Assembly: GCA_030550555.1 (NCBI GenBank)
Contig: JAUQPD010000007.1
Coordinates: 17,563 to 81,562 of the forward strand
Source: Thermodesulfobacteriota bacterium
GTDB taxonomy: Bacteria > Desulfobacterota > Thermodesulfobacteria > Thermodesulfobacteriales > Thermodesulfobacteriaceae
Reading direction: 5' to 3'
Length of the DNA: 64,000 bases
Under the pieces are notes generated by a model. The model worked only from the letters and a program-made list of their open reading frames with translations. It searched no databases and was not told where the DNA came from. A program made the translations under genes and the position numbers. Shown here piece after piece: positions 29,624-39,284 of the stretch (its first letter is position 1; every line of letters starts with the position of its first letter).

Positions 29624-29721
29624 TACAAAAATTATGCCAACCTAATAACTACTTTTTTGAAGCTATGGCCTGATCTAAAATGACAAATTTATCGAAAAGA
29701 CTCATCAATTTTGTCGGATAC

Positions 29722-32028
29722 TCAGAGGACCTCGATTACCCTTTCAAGACTAAAGGGCTTAAAGAGGATGTCGTCAATTTTGTAATCTCTAGCCTGTTCT
29801 TGAATTTCCTTTTCAGTAAAACCAGTCATTATGATTACTTTTAGTTTTGCTAAATCTACTCCATAATCACGGAGTTTTTTCAGAAAATAAACTCCTCCTT
29901 TTCCATGAGGCACTGTTAAATCAAGAAGAAGATGAGTGTAGGGATTTCCCTCTTGCATTGCCTTGAGGAACTCAAACAGAGCGACATCACCGTTCTCAAC
30001 AGTAGTTACAAATAGACCCCTATTCTTCAAAAACTCCTCGAGGACATTTCTGATTTCTTCCTCGTCTTCAAGGATCAGAATTTTGACTTTTTCGTAGGCA
30101 GACTTCTCCATTTCCGCTTGAACTGTACCTTGTTTGAAAAGACCCTTGCTTAGAGTCACTTTTGGAAATCTAAGGGTAACTTTTGTTCCTAAACCAATGT
30201 TGCTCTTGATTTCTACTCTGCCTCCATAATTCTCCATTATTCTTTTTACAACAAAGAGCCCTAAACCTGATCCATGTGGTTTAGTAGAGAATCCTGGGTC
30301 AAAGATCTTATCCATTAAATGGGGAGGTATCCCCTTTCCTGTATCTTCGATTTCTATCACAATCTCAGAGGATTTATCATAGGCCTTTACGCTGATGACT
30401 CCTGTACCATCCATAGCCTCTTTAGCATTTATAACAATATTTTGAATAAGTGATATAAGATGACTTTCTTTTATGGGGATTATTAAGTTATCCTCCAGTT
30501 CAAATCTTATTTCAATACCAGTTCCTTGGAGAAAAAAGGGAATCCACTGTTTTAGAAACTCTCCTAGATTGACGATCTCAGCTGTCTGAAGCTCTACCTT
30601 GGATAAGATAAATAATTCTGAGACAAGGTTTTTCATCCTGTCAAAGGAGTCTAAAATTTTTTTTACATACAGACGGTCCTTTTCGGAATAGGTCTTAGCT
30701 CTCTCTGAAAGGAGTTCCAAATATCCTTTTACAATCATCAGTAGGTTGTTGAGGTCATGAGCAAGGCCTCCAGCTATTTTCTCAATTACAAACTCCTTCT
30801 CCTCCCTGAGAAGCCTTTCTTCAAAAAGCTTCCTATCCGTTATATCCTGAATAGCTCCAACAAAGAACCTCTGGCTATTGATATGAAACTCCTCAAAAAC
30901 TATTTCAGCTGGGAATGTTGAACCTTCCTTTTTTCTTGCAACTACTTCAATTTTAGTTTTGAAGAGATCTCCTTTTGATCTAACTGACATATCCTTAAAA
31001 ATATAACTACCCAGTTTTGTCAGCTTTTTGTTTGGATTAATCAAATTATGAAAATGGGACCCAAGGAGTTCTTCCTTTGTATAGCCAGTTATATTGCAGA
31101 GTTTAGGATTTGCATAAATAATTCTGTCATTTTCATCAATTACTGCAACCCCTACAGGAAGAAACTCAAGTATATCTTTGACGAATTTGATTGCCTGATC
31201 TTTTACTTTTAAATAATTTGTTATATCCTGTATAGCAGTATAAATAGTGATTTCCTCAGGACACTCATATAGCTTTGATGAGATAAGCGCATAAAACTCT
31301 CTCCCCTCAAAATCTTTGAGGACGGTCTCGAAGTTGAAAATCTCTTTTTCCTCGAGCAGTTTTTCAAGAAAGGCCTTTCTTACTTCAAGGTTACCCCAAA
31401 ATTGAGTTGAGTTAAGTCCATGAAGAGGGATACTTTCTGGAACTTTGAATAATTCTCTTGCCCTTCTGTTTGCTCTCAGTATCTCACCGTAAGGGGTTGT
31501 AACTACGAGAGCAACAACTGCCTCTTCAAAAAGTCTTAGTTTTTCGGTCTGATCTTCTATAAAATGAAGGTATCCCCAGACATCTCCTCCCTCACTGTAG
31601 AGAGGAAAAATTGTCACCCTCAAGAAACAGTTCAATTTTGGTTCAAAGAATTCTCTTACATACAATCCTGAATGCTTACCCCTTTCTTTACAGTTGCTAC
31701 AGGAGGGGCACAAACTTACCTTGTCGCAACCAGAAAAGAGACAAATCCCTTCTTTTAAAGGACAAAAATCTGGAATATTATTCAATCCATGAATCACCTC
31801 AAAGCATCGGCGACCAATTATGTTCTCTCTTGCTAATCCCAAGAGATTTGCAAGCGCCTGATTACATGATAGAATCCTATTGTCTTTTGAAAGAAGTAAC
31901 ACAGGATAGGGCGTATCCTCTACAACCTTCGTCAGATCAATGCAACCCTTGATGTCTCCCTTTTCCATTGGCGTTCCACAAAAAGAGATTTTCAATCTAT
32001 ATTTTAATGTAGAAGAACCTTTTTCCAA
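29722..32028 (-). CDS. Hybrid sensor histidine kinase with multiple PAS domains, HisKA, HATPase and a C-terminal receiver
   Basis: H-box GGLAHDLNNLL, an N-box/G-box region (IEDTGKGIP, GSGLGLFV), and a receiver (ILILEDEEE...LLLDLTVP...FKPF). The start is uncertain: TTG at 32028 or ATG at 31968. Confidence 0.85.
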   Translation of the reverse strand: MEKGSSTLKYRLKISFCGTPMEKGDIKGCIDLTKVVEDTPYPVLLLSKDNRILSCNQALANLLGLARENIIGRRCFEVIHGLNNIPDFCPLKEGICLFSGCDKVSLCPSCSNCKERGKHSGLYVREFFEPKLNCFLRVTIFPLYSEGGDVWGYLHFIEDQTEKLRLFEEAVVALVVTTPYGEILRANRRARELFKVPESIPLHGLNSTQFWGNLEVRKAFLEKLLEEKEIFNFETVLKDFEGREFYALISSKLYECPEEITIYTAIQDITNYLKVKDQAIKFVKDILEFLPVGVAVIDENDRIIYANPKLCNITGYTKEELLGSHFHNLINPNKKLTKLGSYIFKDMSVRSKGDLFKTKIEVVARKKEGSTFPAEIVFEEFHINSQRFFVGAIQDITDRKLFEERLLREEKEFVIEKIAGGLAHDLNNLLMIVKGYLELLSERAKTYSEKDRLYVKKILDSFDRMKNLVSELFILSKVELQTAEIVNLGEFLKQWIPFFLQGTGIEIRFELEDNLIIPIKESHLISLIQNIVINAKEAMDGTGVISVKAYDKSSEIVIEIEDTGKGIPPHLMDKIFDPGFSTKPHGSGLGLFVVKRIMENYGGRVEIKSNIGLGTKVTLRFPKVTLSKGLFKQGTVQAEMEKSAYEKVKILILEDEEEIRNVLEEFLKNRGLFVTTVENGDVALFEFLKAMQEGNPYTHLLLDLTVPHGKGGVYFLKKLRDYGVDLAKLKVIIMTGFTEKEIQEQARDYKIDDILFKPFSLERVIEVL

Positions 32029-32233
32029 GCCCCTAGCATTTTCCCTGTATCAGCTAAATTAATTACAAATTTTATTAAAAAAATTATAGAAATTCCTTTA
32101 ATAATTTGCTTTAGTTTTTTTAAGTTTTCAAAAAATAAGGAAATTTTCCCTTGACGATGGCCCTTGAAACTGTAAACTACAATTTTAAAAAAAGGTTAAT
32201 ATCTCATAAAAAAACTTTAAAGGAGGAGGGGTT

Positions 32234-33550
32234 ATGAGGTATTCGCGTGGTGCCCTATTTAAACCTTTAGTGGTTCCATTGATTTTTTTAGTTCTTCTCT
32301 TTTGGGGCAGCTTTAGTGCACTCCACAGTGCATCCCAACCTGCTGAGAAAAAGATCAAGGGGCAGGTCACCGCGGTTGCAGTTACGATTCAAACCATTAC
32401 TGTTCAACAGAGAGATCAGAGAATCAACATTAAGTGGGACAAAAACACTGTTTTTAAACACATCGATCCTGCAAAGATTAGAGAAATTCAGGGACAAGAG
32501 GTTGAGGTCACCTATGTAGAAGTTGGCGGACAAAATATTGCCAAGGTTATAGCACTTGCGGTTGTAGAAGTGCCCCCTGGGGCTAAGGAGATTAAGACAA
32601 ATGAACTAGCAAAGCTCATTGCTGAAAAACCAGGAACTTTTGTTCTTATTGACTCAAGACCACCTGCAAGATTCAGAGCATCCTATATTCCCACAGCAAT
32701 CAATCTTCCAATATCTGTAATGGAGAGACTTGGTGAAGCATCCTTACCTTTCCCCAAGGATAAGACCCTTATTTTCTACTGTGGAGGCGTTACCTGACCT
32801 TTCAGTCCAAAAGCGGCCAGTTTGGCCCTAAAGTGGGGTTTCAAGGATGTTAGAGTTTATCTCGAGGGAGAGCCTGCTTGGAAAAAGGCTGGTCATCCAA
32901 CCGAGTCCACCTTTGACTATGTTAGGACGGAAAACATTGTTCTCATTGACCTAAGAGATCCTCAGGTAGTTGAGAAAACGGGGTTCATTCCCAAGGCGGT
33001 AAATGTTCCTCTTGCAAAGCTTCCTGAGTATGAGGATAAATTTCCAAGTTTTAGAAGAGCACCTATTGTTCTCTACTCTGACAAAAAAGAAGACGCCCTT
33101 AAGGCCTTCAAGATTATCCGTGAGTGGGGCTATCCCAATGTAACTATCTTAGGTGGTGGGATTCAGTCCTGGATTTTCCAGGGGCTTGATCTTGCAACTG
33201 GTCCTATAGCTAAGGAGATAACCTATCAGAGAAGATATCAGCCCCATGAGGCATCTCCACAGGAGTTCATGAAAGCTGTCCAGGAGGGTAATGCGGTAAT
33301 AATAGATGTCAGAATGCCTCACGAATATCAAAAGGGCCATTTTAAAGGTGCAATCAACATTCCAGTCGATGATATCATCGCAAAGGCCGACCAGATTCCT
33401 AAGGACAAACCTATATATCTCTATTGTGCTACCGGTGTGAGAGCAGAAATGGCAATGCATAATCTGAAGAGAGTCTGCCCAACTTGTAACGTAAAGATTC
33501 TTGCTGCTGAGATCGAATGCGAAGGCAATAATTGCACCATCAGCGAATAA
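32234..33550 (+). CDS. Exported triple-rhodanese-domain protein read through an in-frame TGA at 32795-32797 (candidate selenocysteine, codon 188). This merges track ORFs 32234..32797 and 32822..33550.
   Basis: The two ORFs share a frame, with only the TGA plus 8 sense codons between them. The TGA splits a single rhodanese fold (LIFYCGGVT-TGA-PFSPKAASLALKWGFKDVRVYLEGEPAWKKAGHP). The downstream ORF has only a TTG start and no SD. A hairpin follows the TGA. Confidence 0.6.
32807..32836 (+). other. Candidate bacterial SECIS-like hairpin downstream of the in-frame TGA
   Basis: The core stem GGCCA-GUU-UGGCC spans 32815..32827, with 17 nt separating it from the TGA. It may be extended by CCA/UGG (32807-09 with 32834-36) around an A-rich internal loop. 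Confidence 0.35.
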
Positions 33551-33557
33551 TTCCATC

Positions 33558-33587
33558 TGCAGGCACAGGCCTACCCCTGTGCCTGCA
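33558..33587. terminator. Perfect 12-bp GC-rich hairpin between convergent genes (no strong T-tract)
   Basis: tgcaggcacagg-cctacc-cctgtgcctgca starts 8 nt after the rhodanese stop. Confidence 0.5.
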
Positions 33588-33777
33588 TCAAATTAATACA
33601 CAAAACCCGAACCACTCAACTAAATAACCAACAGAAAAAGTTGCTCATAAAGCTAACCCTTTAAACTACTGAGGAGTTAATTTTGACTCAGAGTCTTTAA
33701 TGACATAAAGAATTGAGAACTCATAAGATATCTCACGACCAATAAGAGTCAAATTATTTGCCTTTGCAATATTCTTC

Positions 33778-35193
33778 TTAGTACTCTTCTTCAGTCCAGA
33801 ACTCTCTTCTAAATCTTATTACTTTATTTCTTCCACCATCTTTTGCTTTGTAGAGGGCAATATCTGCAAACTTTATTGCCTCCCAGATAGTAGAACTATC
33901 TGTCGGAAACTCAGAAACACCTATAGAGATCGTTCGACGGACAATCCCTTTGGGGGTCTTGAACTCATGTACTTCTATCGCCTTTCTAAGTTTTTCGGCA
34001 ATCTTTTCTGCTTCTCCTTCTCTAATATCTATTAATAGAATTAAGAACTCTTCTCCACCAAATCTCACTACCAAGTCGGACTTTCTTACACTGTTTGCAA
34101 GAACTCGAGCAGTCTCTTTGAGGACAATGTCACCTGCTTCATGGCCGTATTTATCATTGACAGATTTGAAGAAATCTAAGTCACACATAAGAATCCCTAA
34201 AGTAGTACCTCTTCTGAGGATTTGAGCGGTGAGGTTATCAAGAATATTTTCTAGAAACCTTCTATTATAGAGATTTGTTAGAGGGTCTTTATGGGTTTGC
34301 TCCCTGAGAACTTCAGCATACCTTTTTGACTCAACAACAGGAGCAGTTTCTTCTATGTAGCTTGTTGCTAATTTTAATTTTTCTATCAGATTTTTATCTC
34401 TCAGAGTTGCATCAGTCAAGGGAAGGTGTATTTCAACCACTCCTAAGACTTTATTTCCTGTAACAATGGGTATACAGTAGTAATTAGTAATTCCCTCATA
34501 TTCGTAGAGTTTACACGGCCTTTGAGCATCTAAGGAAGAAACCACCTTACCTGTGCGCTTTGCTCGACATTTATCTGCATTAAAAATCTTCTCCACATTT
34601 ATATCAAGGGATTCATCACTCTTGTAAACTGGTCTCATAGTATTTTGAGAGTTAGATACTTCATATATCACGAAACTTGATAAAGAAAGACCCTTTAAAT
34701 GTTGAGCAAGTCTTTCATAAATATCTTCAACGGACTCATCATTTTCAATTAGGTGTCTATATTTCTGTAGATCTCTATAATTCTGGAGTAATTCTTTGAA
34801 TTTTTCTATTAAAATACCAATCTCATCTTTGAACTTAATTTTATCAAAGACTCTAAGATCTATTTTCTCTGGATCATATTTCATAGTGTTCAATGTCTCT
34901 ATGATTAGATCAATAGGTCTTTTCACCATAAACCAGAAGGCAATGGCTCCCAAAATGAGCAATAAAAAGGAAAAAATTACAAAAATGAATATAATATTTT
35001 CTAAATAAGTAAAGGTAATTGAGGAAACTTTGGCTAGTTCGAGTTCATCTTTTATTTTATAGAAAAAAAACAGAGTTAGAGTAAAATTTATTAATATGCA
35101 AAGCCCGATAATGAATCCGACTTTCCAGAATAGGCTTCTATTTATCAGAAGTGCAAGGATTTTTTCCACCATGTTCCCCATGATTCTACCCAT
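33778..35193 (-). CDS. Membrane-anchored diguanylate cyclase (TM/HAMP-like N-terminus, GAF-like middle, GGDEF)
   Basis: Two N-terminal hydrophobic helices. The GGDEF domain has an active-site RFGGEEF and an RxxD I-site (RKSD) five residues upstream. Confidence 0.85.
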   Translation of the reverse strand: MGRIMGNMVEKILALLINRSLFWKVGFIIGLCILINFTLTLFFFYKIKDELELAKVSSITFTYLENIIFIFVIFSFLLLILGAIAFWFMVKRPIDLIIETLNTMKYDPEKIDLRVFDKIKFKDEIGILIEKFKELLQNYRDLQKYRHLIENDESVEDIYERLAQHLKGLSLSSFVIYEVSNSQNTMRPVYKSDESLDINVEKIFNADKCRAKRTGKVVSSLDAQRPCKLYEYEGITNYYCIPIVTGNKVLGVVEIHLPLTDATLRDKNLIEKLKLATSYIEETAPVVESKRYAEVLREQTHKDPLTNLYNRRFLENILDNLTAQILRRGTTLGILMCDLDFFKSVNDKYGHEAGDIVLKETARVLANSVRKSDLVVRFGGEEFLILLIDIREGEAEKIAEKLRKAIEVHEFKTPKGIVRRTISIGVSEFPTDSSTIWEAIKFADIALYKAKDGGRNKVIRFRREFWTEEEY

Positions 35194-35350
35194 GGATTAT
35201 AAATTTAAAAATTTTTTATTAAAATTTTAACTCCCACTTAGGTTTTGTAAACACCTAAAATTCTCACAAAGCTATTTTGATCGAGGATGATTATATTGAA
35301 ATTTTTTCTCAATTTCTCTAAAAATTAAACTCCTTTTGGAGCTCTCCTCT

Positions 35351-35383
35351 TGACAAACAGAAAAAAGGTATTAACATATAAGA
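35351..35383 (+). promoter_or_regulatory. Possible promoter for tRNA-Asn
   Basis: A consensus TTGACA sits at 35351-35356. The -10 is ambiguous (AACATA at N17, or TATAAG further downstream). Confidence 0.35.
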
Positions 35384-35388
35384 AAAGT

Positions 35389-35461
35389 TCCCCGGTAGCT
35401 CAATAGGCAGAGCGGTGGGCTGTTAACCCATAGGTTGCAGGTTCGAGTCCTGCCCGGGGAG
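35389..35461 (+). tRNA. tRNA-Asn (anticodon GTT), no encoded CCA
   Basis: I folded the cloverleaf by hand. Acceptor tccccgg/ccgggga; D stem gctc/gagc; anticodon stem gtggg/cccat with loop ctGTTaa; T stem gcagg/cctgc with loop ttcgagt. Confidence 0.95.
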
Positions 35462-35531
35462 CTTTTCAATTCTTCCTCAAATCTCAAGTTGGAGAAATCT
35501 CCATTAAAAATCTTCCAATAGAGGTGTTCAA

Positions 35532-36812
35532 ATGGATGAAATCCTAAAGACATCATCTATTCATCTTTCCTACCTAAGAACTAAGACTCTTACTGAGCTC
35601 TATCAACTTGCTGAATCTCTGGGAATTGAGAACATTTATAATTACTACAAAAAAACTGATGTAATCTATCAAATCGTTCAGGCTCTGCTTCAAAGAGACT
35701 ACGAAATAATTGTAGAGGGTTTACTTGAAGTTCTCCCAGAAGGCTTTGGTTTTTTAAGATTCAGGGATTATAATTATCTACCTAGTTCAGAGGATATCTA
35801 TGTATCGCCTCCTCAAATCAGAAAGTTTGGCCTCAAAACAGGTGATATAATCTTTGGATCCATAAGACAACCAAAAGAAGGAGAGAAATACTTCGCCCTT
35901 GCGAAAATCGAGAAGGTAAACTATCTTTCGCCAGAGTTGGTCAGAACACGCACGCCCTTTGATCATCTAACCCCTATTCATCCCAACAAATGGCTCCGTT
36001 TGGAGACAACACCCGACAATTTTTCAACAAGGATCATAGACCTCTTTGTGCCTGTTGGTAAGGGACAAAGAGGGCTAATTGTAGCTCCTCCAAGAACTGG
36101 AAAGACAGTTCTACTCCAAAATATTGCCAATGGAATTGTTAAAAACTATCCAGATATCTACCTCATTATCCTCTTAATTGATGAAAGACCAGAGGAAGTC
36201 ACAGAGATGCAAAGAATTGTTCCAAAGGCAGAGATTATCAGTTCAACCTTTGATGAACCACCGCAGAAGCATACACAAGTAGCTGAGATAGTCATTGAAA
36301 AGGCAAAACGACTTGTCGAATGCAAATATGACGTAGTTATTCTTCTTGACAGTCTAACAAGGCTAACTAGGGCTTATAATCTTGTCGTGCCAAGCAGTGG
36401 AAAGCTCCTTTCTGGTGGTATTGATGCAAATGCCTTACACAAGCCAAAGAGATTTTTTGGAGCTGCAAGAAATATCGAAGAGGGTGGAAGTCTAACCATC
36501 ATCGCAACCTGCCTTATCGACACTGGCTCACGCATGGACGAAGTTATCTTTGAGGAGTTTAAAGGAACGGGAAATATGGAAATTGTCCTTGACAGACGCC
36601 TTGCAGACAGAAGAATCTGGCCTGCCATCGACATCCATCTCAGTGGGACAAGAAAAGAAGAACTCCTTCTTCCTCAAGATATCCTTCATAAAGTATGGCT
36701 CCTAAGAAAGGTATTGGCTCCCCTAAGCCCAGTTGAATGTATGGAATTTCTACTTGAAAAAATGAGAGATACCAAAAGTAACGAAGAGTTTCTAAGTATT
36801 ATGAATCAATAA
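35532..36812 (+). CDS. rho: Transcription termination factor Rho
   Basis: 426 aa. Motifs: [14 protein letters not shown], Walker [19 protein letters not shown], and the RxxWPAIDI C-terminal motif. Confidence 0.95.
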   Translation: MDEILKTSSIHLSYLRTKTLTELYQLAESLGIENIYNYYKKTDVIYQIVQALLQRDYEIIVEGLLEVLPEGFGFLRFRDYNYLPSSEDIYVSPPQIRKFGLKTGDIIFGSIRQPKEGEKYFALAKIEKVNYLSPELVRTRTPFDHLTPIHPNKWLRLETTPDNFSTRIIDLFVPVGKGQRGLIVAPPRTGKTVLLQNIANGIVKNYPDIYLIILLIDERPEEVTEMQRIVPKAEIISSTFDEPPQKHTQVAEIVIEKAKRLVECKYDVVILLDSLTRLTRAYNLVVPSSGKLLSGGIDANALHKPKRFFGAARNIEEGGSLTIIATCLIDTGSRMDEVIFEEFKGTGNMEIVLDRRLADRRIWPAIDIHLSGTRKEELLLPQDILHKVWLLRKVLAPLSPVECMEFLLEKMRDTKSNEEFLSIMNQ

Positions 36813-36835
36813 TTCTCTTTGGAGGAGCTATGTAC

Positions 36836-39277
36836 TTAATGTTCAAGTTGGTAGTCTCTTTTTTCTACCTTCTCTTGAAGGTTTACAAGTTCCCAAACAT
36901 CGAGATAGGGTGTTTCCTTGAAAAGCTCTTCAGGACTTTCAAGTTCAAGTGCAGTCTTCAGAACCTCATCCATCGATTCAACTATTACAATTTCAAGACC
37001 CTTTAAAATCTTAGGATTAATTTCCTTCAAATCCTTTTCGTTCTCTTTCGGAATTATAACAGTCCTTATGCCTCCACGAACCGCAGCAAGAAGTTTTTCC
37101 TTTAATCCACCTATGGGCAGAACTCTGCCTCTAAGAGTAATCTCTCCTGTCATCGCAACAGTGTTTTTGACGGGAATTTTAGTAAGGGCAGAGACTATAG
37201 CTGTTGCAATAGTTATACCTGCACTCGGACCATCCTTGGGTATAGCTCCCTCGGGCACGTGGACATGAATATCAACTTTCTTGTAGAAATCAAGGGGAAA
37301 ACCAAGTTGAAGAGCCCTTGAGCGAACATAACTCATCGCAGCCTGCACTGACTCCTGCATCACCTCTCCGAGTTTTCCAGTAATCTTGAGATTACCTGTT
37401 CCAGGCATAATTACTGCCTCGATCTGTAGGAGAGCTCCACCACTTTCGGTCCAGGCAAGACCTGTAGCAATACCAACCTGCGATTTCTCCTCTGCGGTTC
37501 CGTATCTGTAACGGGGCACACCAAGAAACTTCTCAACAACAGCCATGTTAATCTTAAAGGGTTTAAAGGAGCTTGGATCTTTGGCAACTTCCTTAGCTAT
37601 CTTCCTACAGATTGTCGCAAGCTCTCTTTCTAAGTTTCGTACCCCTGCTTCTCTAGTATATTTTCTTATGATCTCAAGGATTACCTTATCCGAAATAGGC
37701 ACATATTCGGGCTTTAGGCCATGGGCCTCAAGCTGTCTTGGAAGGAGATAATTCTTGGCAATCTCTAACTTCTCCTCCTCAGTGTAACCAGGTATCTCAA
37801 TAACTTCCATTCTATCAAGAAGAGGAGCAGGAATGGTGTAAAGGGTGTTTGCTGTGGTGATGAAAAGCACCTGGGAGAGATCATACTCAACTTCAAGGTA
37901 ATGATCCTGAAAGGCATAATTCTGCTCAGGATCTAAAACTTCAAGAAGAGCTGCTGCAGGATCTCCCCTAAAGTCAGTTCCAATCTTATCGATTTCATCA
38001 AGACAGAATACGGGATTGATTGTTCCAGCTTTTTTCATTCCCTGGATTATCTTTCCAGGAAGAGCTCCTACATAGGTCCTACGATGACCCCTGATTTCTG
38101 CTTCGTCTCTAACACCACCAAGGGAAATTCTTACAAAGTTTCTACCAAGGGCCTTTGCAATTGATTTTGCAAGAGAGGTCTTTCCAACTCCTGGAGGCCC
38201 AACAAAACATAGAATTGGCCCTTTAATCTTATCAACAAGCTTCTGTACCGCAAGATGTTCAATAATTCTCTGTTTCGGCTTCTCAAGACCATAGTGTTCC
38301 TTGTTCAAAAGCTCCTCTGTTTTGACAAGATCTATAACATCTTTAGTCTTCTCATACCAAGGAAGACTTAAGAGCCAATCTATATAGTTTCTTATAACAG
38401 TTGCCTCTGCTGACATTGGGGGAGTAAGACTTAGCTTTTTAAACTCTTTCCAAACAACATTAGAAACATGCTTGGGAAGTTTCTTTTTCTTAATCCTCTT
38501 CTCAAGTTCTCTTAGTTCACTCTTCCCATCTTCCCTCTCTCCGAGCTCTCTCTGAATCGCTTTCATCTGCTCCTGAAGATAATAATCTCGCTGGTGTTTC
38601 TCCATCTGCTTCTTTACTCTCTCTCTGATTCGTGCCTCTGTCTTGATAACCTCAAGCTCACCTCTTAAAAATTGAAGTAGACTCTCTAACCTTTTCTTTA
38701 CACTTATCGTTTCAAGCAATTTCTGCTTCTGCTCAAGCGGAAGAGGAAGAACTGCGGATAAACGATCACTAAACTCTGCAGGATTTTCTACTTGAAGAAG
38801 TGAAGAGACTGTCTCAGGATTAATTTTCTTGTTGTAATTCGCATACTCTTCAAAGGACTCTTTACAGAGATTAAAGAGCGCCTGAGTTTCAACATCAGAT
38901 TCAAGAACCTCTGTCTTTACTTCAACAGAGACCATATAGAAATCTGGATTGGGAAGGAAGTTTATTATCCGTCCCCTGAGTAGGCCCTCAACGAGGATTT
39001 TAAGAGACCCGTCTGGAAGTCTTAAAAGCTGAACTATCTTACAAATAGTCCCTACTTTATAAATATCTTCAGGGCTTGGGACATCTACCTTTGGATCCTT
39101 TTGGGCAGAGAGGAAAATTAACTTATCGCCTCTAAAAGCATGTTCAATTGCTTGAATGCTCTTTGCTCTGCCAATAAAGAGAGGTACAGCAGTGTTGGGG
39201 AAAATTACGAGCTCCCTTAAGGGAAGAAGTGGTAACTCGTAAACACTCTCTATAGAATTCTCTCTACGTGTTCTCAT
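36836..39277 (-). CDS. lon: ATP-dependent Lon protease
   Basis: 813 aa. [14 protein letters not shown]-terminal domain, Walker [10 protein letters not shown], and protease Ser motif KDGPSAGIT. Confidence 0.97.
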   Translation of the reverse strand: MRTRRENSIESVYELPLLPLRELVIFPNTAVPLFIGRAKSIQAIEHAFRGDKLIFLSAQKDPKVDVPSPEDIYKVGTICKIVQLLRLPDGSLKILVEGLLRGRIINFLPNPDFYMVSVEVKTEVLESDVETQALFNLCKESFEEYANYNKKINPETVSSLLQVENPAEFSDRLSAVLPLPLEQKQKLLETISVKKRLESLLQFLRGELEVIKTEARIRERVKKQMEKHQRDYYLQEQMKAIQRELGEREDGKSELRELEKRIKKKKLPKHVSNVVWKEFKKLSLTPPMSAEATVIRNYIDWLLSLPWYEKTKDVIDLVKTEELLNKEHYGLEKPKQRIIEHLAVQKLVDKIKGPILCFVGPPGVGKTSLAKSIAKALGRNFVRISLGGVRDEAEIRGHRRTYVGALPGKIIQGMKKAGTINPVFCLDEIDKIGTDFRGDPAAALLEVLDPEQNYAFQDHYLEVEYDLSQVLFITTANTLYTIPAPLLDRMEVIEIPGYTEEEKLEIAKNYLLPRQLEAHGLKPEYVPISDKVILEIIRKYTREAGVRNLERELATICRKIAKEVAKDPSSFKPFKINMAVVEKFLGVPRYRYGTAEEKSQVGIATGLAWTESGGALLQIEAVIMPGTGNLKITGKLGEVMQESVQAAMSYVRSRALQLGFPLDFYKKVDIHVHVPEGAIPKDGPSAGITIATAIVSALTKIPVKNTVAMTGEITLRGRVLPIGGLKEKLLAAVRGGIRTVIIPKENEKDLKEINPKILKGLEIVIVESMDEVLKTALELESPEELFKETPYLDVWELVNLQEKVEKRDYQLEH

Positions 39278-39284
39278 TACTTGC

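Noticed and set aside
29706-29715. Shared 10-mer CAATTTTGTC upstream of both lysine-rich small-protein loci (also at 49288..49297, and as a reverse complement at 49309..49318), as a possible common operator
   Set aside because: A back-of-envelope estimate gives roughly ten or more chance 10-mer matches among about 4 kb of AT-rich intergenic sequence. The match is therefore not significant on its own.
32795-32797. Reading the TGA as a genuine stop or pseudogene lesion (two separate rhodanese ORFs)
   Set aside because: This is not fully excluded, but I judge it less likely. The stop falls inside one fold at the catalytic loop. Both flanks remain open and conserved-looking. The downstream part lacks an ATG and an SD. 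A hairpin follows. A sequencing error or recent nonsense mutation remains an alternative until homologs and Sec machinery are checked.
33149-33556. 135-aa minus-strand ORF antisense to the rhodanese gene
   Set aside because: It has no SD or motif and lies entirely within a well-supported + strand gene. It is typical shadow-ORF composition.
35371-35556. Track ORF of 61 aa on the minus strand
   Set aside because: It lies antisense over the tRNA-Asn gene and the rho start, so it is an artefact of the tRNA sequence being open in that frame.
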